Origin: Candidatus Saccharimonadota bacterium
GTDB taxonomy: Bacteria > Patescibacteriota > Saccharimonadia > Saccharimonadales > UBA4665
Direction: 5' to 3'
Assembly (NCBI GenBank): GCA_016700375.1
Contig: CP065016.1
Coordinates: forward strand, 1,200,001 to 1,232,000
Length of the DNA stretch: 32,000 nucleotides
Of the stretch, positions 16,139-24,264 are shown in pieces. The stretch's first letter is position 1; every line of letters starts with the position of its first letter. Made by a program: the position numbers and the translations under genes. The notes under the pieces are model-generated. The model saw only the letters and a list, made by a program, of their open reading frames with translations. It did no database searches and had not been told where the DNA came from.

Positions 16139-17547
16139 CACTTTTTTCCTTTCGTGTTGTACAGCGCATCGTGGATGCACTGCAATGCTTTTGCATCTTC
16201 GGTACTTTCGACCACGATGGTAATATTTAGCTCCGAGGAACCTTGGGCAATGGCAATTACATTAACATTGCCATTGCCAAGTGCGGTGAATATTTTGCCC
16301 GCCATACCAACGTGCTGGCGCATGCCCGTGCCGACCACCGCTATGAGTGAGACGCCACCATGGTACTCAACAAAATCAATCCGCTTCGCACGTACTTCAC
16401 TGGCAAAAGCTTGTCGCAACACCCGGGTAGCCACCTGACCAGCGGCCTTTTCTACTACTATGGTGATATTGTTTTCAGACGATGCCTGCGATATGAATAG
16501 CACGTTGACTTTTGCGGCAGCCATCGTGTCGAACACGCGCGACGCGGTGCCAAAAACGCCGCGCATACCTTTGCCCTGAATGGTTATCATGGCAAGGTCT
16601 TTCATGAGGGTAAGTGCTTTAGCGCCCTTGGCGGCCGCATCCCCATTAGGAGTAATTTGCGTACCAGGGTGCTCAGGGTTCATGGTGTTTTTTATAACAA
16701 TAGGTATACCCAGCTCGGCCGTGGGAATCATGGTGCGTGGGTGAATAACTTTGGCCCCAAAATAGGAAAGCTCCGAGGCTTCTTCGTACGACATTCGCTC
16801 TATGGTACGCGCGGCCGGCACAACGCGTGGGTCACTGGTCATGACACCGTTCACATCGGTCCATATCCAGACTTCGTCGGCGTCAAGGCAGTAGCCAAGG
16901 ATTGTTCCTGAAAAATCCGAGCCGCCGCGACCGAGTGTGGTGGTTACACCGTCACGCGTGGCGCCAATGAAGCCGGTTACTACTGGCACAGTACCTTTTT
17001 GGACTAATGGCATGAGTAATTTTTGTGCTTTTTTCTTAGAAATGGTCAGGAGCGGCTGTGCGTCATTGAATGTATCGTCTGTCACTAGAAAGTCGGTGGC
17101 ATTTACCGCGACGGCCGGTACGCCCTGGGCGTTCAGCGCGGCAGCAACTAGGTGTATGGAAAGCCGCTCGCCAAATGACAAAATAAGGTCGCGTCCCCGC
17201 GGGGTGAGCTCGCCCAGTGACGTCACGCTTTTCAGAATATTTCCCAGAATAGCAATCTTGCTGTCAATAATTTCGCGTAAATCGGCCTCAGCGGTTGGTT
17301 CGAGCTGTAGGCCGGTGATGGCGGTGTCGTGCACGGCTTTTACGGCAGCAAGTTTTTTCGCAATTACACGTTTCCTATTGCCGGTGGTGGCGAGTCGCGC
17401 CATTTCCTCGAGCTGATTGGTTATTTGCGTCATGGCAGAGGTCACTACCACTGGCTGGCTTTTTTGGTAGCCTTTCACGAGCTGTGCGACATCGCTGATA
17501 CGCTCGGCGCTGCCGACAGATGTGCCGCCAAATTTCATTACTATCAT
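16138..17547 (-). CDS. lysC: Aspartate kinase
   Basis: MIVMKFGGTSVGS N-terminal kinase signature, 469 aa, with C-terminal tandem ACT-like regions. Confidence 0.9.
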   Translation of the reverse strand: MIVMKFGGTSVGSAERISDVAQLVKGYQKSQPVVVTSAMTQITNQLEEMARLATTGNRKRVIAKKLAAVKAVHDTAITGLQLEPTAEADLREIIDSKIAILGNILKSVTSLGELTPRGRDLILSFGERLSIHLVAAALNAQGVPAVAVNATDFLVTDDTFNDAQPLLTISKKKAQKLLMPLVQKGTVPVVTGFIGATRDGVTTTLGRGGSDFSGTILGYCLDADEVWIWTDVNGVMTSDPRVVPAARTIERMSYEEASELSYFGAKVIHPRTMIPTAELGIPIVIKNTMNPEHPGTQITPNGDAAAKGAKALTLMKDLAMITIQGKGMRGVFGTASRVFDTMAAAKVNVLFISQASSENNITIVVEKAAGQVATRVLRQAFASEVRAKRIDFVEYHGGVSLIAVVGTGMRQHVGMAGKIFTALGNGNVNVIAIAQGSSELNITIVVESTEDAKALQCIHDALYNTKGKK

Positions 17548-18596
17548 GCAGATTGCTCCAAGCGGGAGAGTCGCACGTAATCGTCAATCATGGCGTTGAC
17601 GGTTGGTTCAACACCAGCACCGGGTCCCGTCACGCTGTAAACACCGTCACTATTGTTTGGTCCGAGCCCAACCACCAATCCGTTCCCGGCCTGGGTAAGC
17701 GGCGCAAAACTTGCAAACAACGGGTTTGCCGTGAGCGGGCGGAAGCCAGCAACGAGTCGCCAGCCGTCGATTGTGACATCAAACCCACCGAGCCGTTTTC
17801 CTGGGTCTGCCGAGCTACCGGTAGGGTAGAACGAGGCAATGAAACGGTGTGGCTCGCTAGCACCAACGGCAGCGTTAATATCTTCGTCGGACAGTGAAAA
17901 CGCCAGCATCTCGGGAGTGACGGTGGTATTGCCCAGCCCGAGTGTATTAAATATGATGGACATTTTCTTTGGTATGTCGCCCTCGGCTTCGCCGCGTAAA
18001 ACTGCTTGCGGCGAGTCGGCGCCTGGTTCAGCGTAACCGGCCTTCACCGCATGCTCCACCGCAGCTTCAAGTGCAATATCACTCCCATTGGCAGGGGCAA
18101 CCTCACTCATGATGGCGGTCATTGTGCCGTTTAGAACGGCGTGCATTTCAGTTATATTTGCTTGGTCTATATTGTACTGCTCGGCCACACGCAGCATACG
18201 CGTGCCGCCGCCCACCGTCGTCGTGATGCCAAACCGGGTGAAATCTACAGAGGCCGTTTTGAGCTCCCGGAAGAAATGCGAGAGCGCACCCTTTTCAGCA
18301 GTGACCGCCATTTTGCCTTTTGCTAAGATAGTCGATACATAGCCGTAGGCTAACGTGCCATCGCCGCCGGAAGGAATGGCTAGGAACATAACATCGGGAA
18401 TGTTTGCATCGGCAAACTGTGTGGCACTGTCTATTTTGCCACTAGCATCTGTAATGCCGTTTACTTCTACTATCATGCGCGGTTTTTGCTCCAGACCGAG
18501 CCGGCTCGCGACATGCTGCTGCCCAATCTGCCGTTCGAGCTCACGACCAATGTTCCCGCGCCCAATGAGTCCCCATGTTTTTACGCTATCTGCCAT
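17544..18596 (-). CDS. hom: Homoserine dehydrogenase
   Basis: Dinucleotide-binding WGLIGRGNIG and the catalytic-domain LNGT motif (HAVLNGTMTAIMSE). It shares a 4-nt ATGA overlap with the lysC start. A GAGGAG SD precedes the ATG at 18596. Confidence 0.75.
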   Translation of the reverse strand: MADSVKTWGLIGRGNIGRELERQIGQQHVASRLGLEQKPRMIVEVNGITDASGKIDSATQFADANIPDVMFLAIPSGGDGTLAYGYVSTILAKGKMAVTAEKGALSHFFRELKTASVDFTRFGITTTVGGGTRMLRVAEQYNIDQANITEMHAVLNGTMTAIMSEVAPANGSDIALEAAVEHAVKAGYAEPGADSPQAVLRGEAEGDIPKKMSIIFNTLGLGNTTVTPEMLAFSLSDEDINAAVGASEPHRFIASFYPTGSSADPGKRLGGFDVTIDGWRLVAGFRPLTANPLFASFAPLTQAGNGLVVGLGPNNSDGVYSVTGPGAGVEPTVNAMIDDYVRLSRLEQSA

Positions 18597-18713
18597 ATAA
18601 ATCTCCTCTATAGTAAATAGTATAACGTAAACTTTCGTGACAAAAACAAGCAGGTGGCAACATTTTTTTGATGAAAGTAGTAAATGGGGCAATGGTGTAC
18701 TACAATCAAGTAT

Positions 18714-19187
18714 ATGAATCCATCAAACGACTCCAAGAAAATCATCATTGTCGAAGATAACACTGCGCTTGCAGAAATATACAAAACCCGTCTAGAGCTA
18801 CTCGGCTATACCTGTTTTGTGGCCTACAATGGCATAACTGGCCTCTATTTTATCCAAAAAGAAATTCCAGACTTGGTCCTGCTTGACCTGATGATTCCTG
18901 ATATATCTGGTGGCCAGCTACTTGCTACCATGCGGGGAACCGACTGGGGAAAGAATATTCCAGTATATGTTATCTCTAATCTTAATGAAACGGAGGCGCC
19001 CAAAGACCTCCGCGACCTGGGCATTTCTGGGTATTCGGTGAAGGCCATGATGACCGAAGATACCGTAGACCGAATAGTAAATGGCATCTTGCGCCCAGAT
19101 ATGCAGCAGGAACCCATCTCTGCGCCAGACACCCCGCCTGCCGGTGCCACGCTAGCCGACGTGCCGTTCCACGAAGCACCGCAGTAG
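18714..19187 (+). CDS. Orphan response regulator (receiver domain only plus short tail)
   Basis: KIIIVEDN, DLVLLDLMIPDISG (phospho-acceptor Asp), VYVISN and SVKAM make up the CheY-like residue set. There is no output domain. TACAAT lies 7 nt upstream of the ATG with no SD. Confidence 0.8.
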   Translation: MNPSNDSKKIIIVEDNTALAEIYKTRLELLGYTCFVAYNGITGLYFIQKEIPDLVLLDLMIPDISGGQLLATMRGTDWGKNIPVYVISNLNETEAPKDLRDLGISGYSVKAMMTEDTVDRIVNGILRPDMQQEPISAPDTPPAGATLADVPFHEAPQ

Positions 19188-19335
19188 TAAGTAGTAAGTA
19201 GTAAGTAGTAAGTAGTAAGTAGTAAGTAGTAAGTAGTAAGTAGTAAGTAGTAAGTAGTAAGTAGTAAGTAGTAAGTAGTAAGTAGTAAGTAGTAAGTAGT
19301 AAGTAGTAAGTAGTAAGTAGTAAGTAGTAAGTAGT
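19184..19335 (+). repeat. Perfect heptanucleotide tandem array (GTAGTAA) x ~21.7
   Basis: 152 nt of uninterrupted GTAGTAA. The response-regulator stop TAG (19185-19187) is inside the first unit. The array has stops in all three plus frames and is open on the minus strand. Confidence 0.98.
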
Positions 19336-19336
19336 C

Positions 19337-19358
19337 GCGCCGAAAAGGCGCATTTTTT
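19337..19358 (+). terminator. Intrinsic terminator directly after the heptamer array
   Basis: GCGCC-GAAAA-GGCGC followed by ATTTTTT. Confidence 0.6.
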
Positions 19359-19498
19359 ATGCTTAAGCTACTCGTAAAACATACTATACCACATGTTTTT
19401 TTGACGATTAACAGAGGTAAAATTTCATGTTATATAAATCACAACGGCAAAATCTAAAAGTTTGATTGCATAGAAAAAATGTATGATATAATAAGTAC

Positions 19499-19596
19499 TA
19501 GCAGTTTGAGATGAATCTTGCGAGACAGCTCAATCTGCCGTGGTTGTGATGTGAAGTTTTGGGAAGTATAAAAAAGCCAGCGTACTGCTGGTTTTT
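19499..19596 (+). ncRNA. Candidate ~100-nt small RNA (promoter-to-terminator unit)
   Basis: An extended -10 TGATATAAT lies at 19484-19492. An internal hairpin is GCAGTTTGAG...CTCAATCTGC. The terminator is AAAAAGCCAGC-GTACT-GCTGGTTTTT (19571-19596). Only a 12-codon ORF lies within it. Confidence 0.25.
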
Positions 19597-19663
19597 GTGT
19601 TTTATATACTGCATGGAGCGTTCAGTTATGACGTGATGTATTTGCGTTCGAGTCCTGCTTTGC

Positions 19664-19715
19664 TCAAGCATACAAATAGAGCCTACCTTACGGCACTTTA
19701 TTTGTATGGCTGGGG
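19664..19715. repeat. Hairpin repeat unit A (TCAAGCATACAAA...TTTGTATGGCTGGG)
   Basis: 10-bp stem CATACAAATA / TATTTGTATG (19669-19678 / 19699-19708). It shares both flanks with unit B. Confidence 0.6.
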
Positions 19716-19805
19716 ATGAGGGATAGCGCTTCCCTCGGCTACGCCTCGTCGCTTCTCCGTTCTCTGCGCTCACATACGCCGAACCTCGTTCTATAATCCC
19801 CCACT

Positions 19806-19856
19806 TCAAGCATACAAAAAGACCCGGGCGAAGCCGAGTCTTTTTGTATGGCTGGG
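19806..19856. repeat. Hairpin repeat unit B; resembles a bidirectional intrinsic terminator
   Basis: 13-bp stem CATACAAAAAGAC / GTCTTTTTGTATG (19811-19823 / 19838-19850) around a GC-rich inner hairpin, giving an A-tract/hairpin/T-tract layout. It is nested in an outer inverted repeat GTTCTATAATC / GATTATAGAAC. Confidence 0.55.
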
Positions 19857-19945
19857 CATCAAGAACGATTATAGAACTTTGATAGGGGTAGATAGTTTAG
19901 ATATCATCGAAAAAGAAGAGGACGATGATAGTGAGGAGAATAGCG

Positions 19946-20428
19946 ATGTTTAGGCTATTCTCACGCACAACTGACACGCAAGGGCTATGTAGTTCTCGTC
20001 TCTTCAACAACGAGTCGTTTTACAAGTCTTTTACTAGCGACTTACGGTACGCGAAACAACGTGTCCATATTGAGAGTCCGTTCATCACAAAAAGGCGCAT
20101 TGATGAGTTGCTACCGGTCTTTGAGGGACTACGGCGCAGGGGCATAGCAGTTACAGTTAACACTCGATGCCCTGACGAGCATGACGGAGAATATGTCAGG
20201 CAGGCTTCCGACGGCATTCAGGCAATGCAGGAGCTGGGGGTAAAGGTGCTTTATACCGTAAAGCACCACCGCAAGCTAGCAGTGATTGATGATGTTCTGT
20301 GGGAGGGCAGCTTAAATATACTCTCACAAAATGATAGCTGCGAGATCATGAGGCGTATCGTATCGGCAATACTTACTGAGGAGATGCTACGATTTACAGG
20401 AGCTAATAAATACGTATCTACTTATTGA
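19946..20428 (+). CDS. Single-HKD phospholipase-D-family nuclease (Nuc-like)
   Basis: HKD motif HHRKLAVIDDVLWEGSLNILSQND (HxKx4Dx6GSxN), ~160 aa. A GAGGAG SD lies 7 nt before the ATG at 19946; an alternative ATG is at 19925. The 3' end overlaps the convergent HAD-like gene by 11 nt. Confidence 0.8.
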   Translation: MFRLFSRTTDTQGLCSSRLFNNESFYKSFTSDLRYAKQRVHIESPFITKRRIDELLPVFEGLRRRGIAVTVNTRCPDEHDGEYVRQASDGIQAMQELGVKVLYTVKHHRKLAVIDDVLWEGSLNILSQNDSCEIMRRIVSAILTEEMLRFTGANKYVSTY

Positions 20429-20825
20429 GAAAGACTTGAGCTAGCTTTTCGAGCATATCAGGGTCTTTATGGAGGTCAACCATGATGAAGTTTTGAACTG
20501 CCTCATGTTTCTCAAGTACATTGAGTTCGTTAGGCCAAAGATCGTCATCAAACCATAGAAAATCTTGCTCAAAGTCGATTGCATCGGTCTTGAGTTCATT
20601 CCACTCCGACGGCTTCACCTTGTCTAGCAAGATGACAGTTTCGGGATTGAGATGGGGAGCGAGTATTTCTTTTGCCCTGTTTTCACCTTTCCAGTTGTGA
20701 GTAGTCAGCCAATATGTTGAGTCGGGGTACTTCTCCAAAACAGCATGCAAAAACTCGTCGGCATGACGCGCCGCTTCTTTGTCATTTGCTAGGAGTACTC
20801 CGTCGATATCAAGATAAATGTTCAT
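20418..20825 (-). CDS. HAD-superfamily hydrolase-like protein (possible nucleotidase/phosphatase)
   Basis: Motif I at the N-terminus (IYLDIDGVLL), a candidate motif II Thr (WLTTH) and an acidic motif (LWFDDDLW). A GGGAGGA SD lies upstream, with a TAA|ATG junction to the upstream gene. Confidence 0.6.
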   Translation of the reverse strand: MNIYLDIDGVLLANDKEAARHADEFLHAVLEKYPDSTYWLTTHNWKGENRAKEILAPHLNPETVILLDKVKPSEWNELKTDAIDFEQDFLWFDDDLWPNELNVLEKHEAVQNFIMVDLHKDPDMLEKLAQVFLNK

Positions 20826-22469
20826 TTAATTTCCTCCCGTCACACTAGGCGGTACGCCTGTTTTGTACGAAACGTATAAAGCAATAATAGCAACTATAAG
20901 TGATAAAGCCGATACCGCAAGCGCCCATCGGCCTGTTTTTATGTCGGTTCCCGTTGCGCCGAGCTGTGATATGGTCGTGAGGATATCCCTATAATCACTA
21001 TCTAGCTTTGATAATCTCTTGAAAGTTTCATCATTGCGATCCATGACATCATTGAAGAAATCAATAGGCTTTTTCTCTTCGGGCTTCAACTTTGCAGTGA
21101 AGATCGGCGCAGGGGTCATTACGAAGTTAGCGCCCTCAAACCATCGTTTGTGCCGACGAAGATTGGCAACATCTTGTCGGATACTAGCAAGCGTGAGACT
21201 TGAATCGAGGACAATGCCACTTAAACTGTTTACGCTGCCCACCTTAAACTTTTTGTGCTGAAGTTGAGCGCCATCACGCAATTTTGCATATTGTGCTTCG
21301 AGAACTAAGAGTAATTGAGATATAGCTAGAAGTACAAGTGTCGGGCCGACGCGTTCTTCTGCAATGTATGAGACAGCGTGATTAGCGTCACCGCCAAAAC
21401 CCTTGAAGTTCTCAGTCGATTTAACTATCTTACCTCTATTAACGATAAGTCCCCATGTACGTTCCGGGTCTATAACTGACTCAGAGAGCCTACTAGCTTG
21501 AGCTAGCAACATGTCGGGAATCTCTGGCGCAGTTATCCTATAAAAATCTGAGCCGTCGATACCCAGCGCCCGAAGCGCATCATGAACATCATTGTCAGTT
21601 CTTTTCGTGCTTTTGCTGACCGGATTATATTTTTCCGTCATCATTACATCCATCGAGAGCTGTTTCTCGCCATGCATAGCGAAGTACCCAGGACAATACT
21701 TAGTCATCCAATCTCTAGCTAGACTATGGAGGTCATCTCGGGTCTTCTGAGTTGCTTTATATGTAGCGAATTGCCGATCTACGGGATGCAATTTGCTAAA
21801 CGCGCCCATTGTTTTTGAGCGTTCCATATACGGCTCATGGTCAGCATGCCAGACATCATCAAGCTTTTTAGAGTGCGCATCGTTGAAATTAACACGCGCG
21901 ACAACTGCGGTCAGGCCTGATCCCACTTGGATAGCCTTAAGTTGTATCCATTCAATGCCGTCAGGCAGCTTCGTGCGATGGGCATCAGGTACATAATATC
22001 CCTCTGTATTAACTATATCTGCCAATCGCCACCAAGACATACCGTTACGTGATCGTGCCTGCGCAAGACGTTCACTATTAGTTTCTCTGGTTGCCGTTCG
22101 GGTACGTTCGTTCCACTTGTTCTTCCTAATGTATTTCTCAAGTGTAGCGGCTTCGTTTGGTGTAAACAACTCCACGACAATGACGGAAGCTACAGTAACA
22201 TGCTCATCCTTGGGTATATGTACATTGTGATAATGGTCAACCTTATTCCACGATTTCAACCGGTCAAGTTCGTTAATCTGTATGAGATTATTTACCCCCT
22301 GCAAGGCAAGCGTGCGTATGGGCGCAGGAGTTACTTTCTTGTGCTTGATAAGCCACCATAATACTTTGTATGCGGTATCGTAGTGCCATCTCCAACCATG
22401 ACCAATCTCAGGCACTTCATCAAAAGCCTCTTTTACAAACGAATGTTCTTTGGGCTTTTTAGTAGCCAT
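20826..22469 (-). CDS. 547-aa protein of unknown function with C-terminal transmembrane anchor
   Basis: Long ORF in an operon context. I recognise no catalytic motif. A hydrophobic C-terminal segment (WALAVSALSLIVAIIALYVSY) and an internal hydrophobic helix (GPTLVLLAISQLLLVLEA) are present. Confidence 0.8.
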   Translation of the reverse strand: MATKKPKEHSFVKEAFDEVPEIGHGWRWHYDTAYKVLWWLIKHKKVTPAPIRTLALQGVNNLIQINELDRLKSWNKVDHYHNVHIPKDEHVTVASVIVVELFTPNEAATLEKYIRKNKWNERTRTATRETNSERLAQARSRNGMSWWRLADIVNTEGYYVPDAHRTKLPDGIEWIQLKAIQVGSGLTAVVARVNFNDAHSKKLDDVWHADHEPYMERSKTMGAFSKLHPVDRQFATYKATQKTRDDLHSLARDWMTKYCPGYFAMHGEKQLSMDVMMTEKYNPVSKSTKRTDNDVHDALRALGIDGSDFYRITAPEIPDMLLAQASRLSESVIDPERTWGLIVNRGKIVKSTENFKGFGGDANHAVSYIAEERVGPTLVLLAISQLLLVLEAQYAKLRDGAQLQHKKFKVGSVNSLSGIVLDSSLTLASIRQDVANLRRHKRWFEGANFVMTPAPIFTAKLKPEEKKPIDFFNDVMDRNDETFKRLSKLDSDYRDILTTISQLGATGTDIKTGRWALAVSALSLIVAIIALYVSYKTGVPPSVTGGN

Positions 22470-22471
22470 GC

Positions 22472-22789
22472 CTACTTTACAGTCTTACCGTCTCGGACAG
22501 CTTCGAGTAATTCTCGGTGACGAAGTTCATTCCGTTTGTTTTTTCGTGCGCCGCGCCGCCATAGCCGCCAAGGAATGAAAAGAATGCCAAACAGTACATA
22601 CATAATAAAGTACCAACACGCCACAAACATCCATGCACAAGCGATCAACATGAGGGCAATCGGCACGAGCAATAGCCACTTTATCCAGACGTTACCTGAA
22701 TTAGTTATTTTCCATATACGTTGAGCCGATCCCGAAAAAGAGAATGGCGCTGATACTACTATTTTTTCTGATGTTAACTTTTCACTCAT
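22472..22789 (-). CDS. 105-aa two-TM membrane peptide
   Basis: Two adjacent hydrophobic stretches (WIKWLLLVPIALMLIACAWMFVA and YFIMYVLFGILFIPW) are followed by a basic tail (RLWRRGARKNKRNELRHR). It shares an ATGA overlap with the upstream gene. Confidence 0.7.
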   Translation of the reverse strand: MSEKLTSEKIVVSAPFSFSGSAQRIWKITNSGNVWIKWLLLVPIALMLIACAWMFVACWYFIMYVLFGILFIPWRLWRRGARKNKRNELRHRELLEAVRDGKTVK

Positions 22790-24261
22790 AGCTTCCTCAA
22801 AACATTAAATATTTCAACCATCGCCAATGTATCCAGCTTGCAATATTCCAACAGATCAGCGAACAGCACCTCTTTATCTATTGAATCCTTACCATCAATC
22901 ACGCCTTGCATCCAAAGCCTCTGAGCGGATGCGCCCTCATGAATACCCAGTCCAGCGTAAGAGAGTGTTGGTACAAGAACGGGCAAAACTTTTTTGATAC
23001 TAGCACTACCGTAAAAGTCCTTATCCACGTACCAAAGTTTCGAGAATGGGAGCATGAGATCATTCATCCGATCATTAACATTGAGTAAGAAGTCTTTTAG
23101 TTCTGGTACTTCTTCGGCTAGAGTTTTATTGCAACTTTTCTCGAAGCCCATGTTCCATGCCAGAACCGTGCCCGTATCGCCAATATGGCTGCGTAGAGCC
23201 CCAGCGATATCTTTGCATGGGTTCGTGCCCTCACGGTGCAGGTACTCTTCGTGTCGTAGCTCAGAATCAGGAGAATCAAGTATGTGTAGTGAATACTGGA
23301 ATGGAACTTGTTGGTATGGGCGCATGCCCTCAAATGGAGGCACGATACCGGCGAGTGTTTCATAATCAAGGAAGTAGAGCGGGTATTCAAACGACCTTAG
23401 TAAGTCTTGGATTGGTTCATGGGTGATGAGCTGCTGATTAAGTTTTGCGGCAGTAGTTTGTTTATGCTGTTTTGGCGATAGCTTGAAGTCATCTGGGATA
23501 TCGGCAATTTTTTCAATACCGGCATCTTCAAGTGCTTTTACTTTTGCCGCATTGAGGCCGCAGAGATAATAAATACTGTCATTGGGCGGATTCGTGAGGC
23601 TTCTGTAGATTGATAGCCAATCCCCAAACGAACTACCGGCCGCAAGAACCGGCGATAGGTCGGGTATATCTGGTGATTGCATGACTTCAAGTGCTTCCTG
23701 AGCGTGCAGTTTTGTGGCTTCACTCAATGCATTCACTTCTGAGGTTACGTCAGTGATCGTACAGAACTCCTCAGGGTTGATGTTACCGTGACGTGTGTAT
23801 TCATTGTTGACGTGGACCACATTGATGTTCCGCACGGTAAAGCCAGATTCACGAAGTACATGAGCCTGAAATGCAAGGTCGGTTGCATGTTCAGGTTTCG
23901 CTTTAGTGCTGGATTTAATCTCGTATAGATCGAATGTCTTGTCGCCAACTACATGCACGACATCACATATACAGGTTAATTGCCCAGCAATAAAGCGAGC
24001 TTGGTAAATAGTCTTTGCGCCGCCAAGTAGTGCTTCCATGGTTTGTTCGGGCAATGCTAAGTAGCTGGCGTAGTCACTAAAGCCTAGTCGCACGCCATCA
24101 TCAAATAATTTTTCTGCGTAGCCCTCGAATAAGTTACCGGCGTCAAAGGTCGCCTGGGTATTGTCGTCAATATGGGGCAGCTTATCTTTGTCGTGCTTTT
24201 TGAGCCACAACCAAGCCGGATGTGCGAGGTAGAGCATATAATCCGACTTAGATAGCAGCAT
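22786..24261 (-). CDS. DUF2779-like protein: PD-(D/E)xK-type N-terminal domain plus DEDDy-like exonuclease-type C-terminal domain
   Basis: N-terminus LSKSDYMLYLAHPAWLWL and ICDVV...FDLYEIKSSTK (D...ExK). The C-terminal half has YPLYFLDYET, VLAWNMGFEKS and YCKLDTLAM (a DEDD-type residue pattern). The family assignment is from memory of the DUF2779 FLDFET hallmark. Confidence 0.7.
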   Translation of the reverse strand: MLLSKSDYMLYLAHPAWLWLKKHDKDKLPHIDDNTQATFDAGNLFEGYAEKLFDDGVRLGFSDYASYLALPEQTMEALLGGAKTIYQARFIAGQLTCICDVVHVVGDKTFDLYEIKSSTKAKPEHATDLAFQAHVLRESGFTVRNINVVHVNNEYTRHGNINPEEFCTITDVTSEVNALSEATKLHAQEALEVMQSPDIPDLSPVLAAGSSFGDWLSIYRSLTNPPNDSIYYLCGLNAAKVKALEDAGIEKIADIPDDFKLSPKQHKQTTAAKLNQQLITHEPIQDLLRSFEYPLYFLDYETLAGIVPPFEGMRPYQQVPFQYSLHILDSPDSELRHEEYLHREGTNPCKDIAGALRSHIGDTGTVLAWNMGFEKSCNKTLAEEVPELKDFLLNVNDRMNDLMLPFSKLWYVDKDFYGSASIKKVLPVLVPTLSYAGLGIHEGASAQRLWMQGVIDGKDSIDKEVLFADLLEYCKLDTLAMVEIFNVLRKL

Positions 24262-24264
24262 AGT

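Noticed and set aside
19184-19335. Possible CRISPR array, because of the highly regular repeat.
   Set aside because: The unit is only 7 nt with no spacers. It is a microsatellite-type tandem repeat, and no cas genes are present.
18982-19353. Minus-strand 123-aa ORF encoding a TTYYLLL repeat protein.
   Set aside because: It is a translation artefact of the heptamer array. It runs antisense into the response-regulator gene and through its terminator, and has no start context.
19640-19668. tRNA-like T-arm string (GCGTTCGAGTCCTGCTTTGCTCA) suggesting a tRNA gene or tRNA 3'-end att site.
   Set aside because: The 5' T-stem partner is not complementary. The only possible acceptor partner (GAGCGTT) is ~50 nt upstream, too short for a cloverleaf. 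At most it is a decayed fragment, so it is mentioned only as context in a finding.
19498-19809. 103-aa minus-strand ORF in the island border region.
   Set aside because: It spans the terminator-like hairpins and repeat unit A, has no SD and has low-complexity, odd composition.
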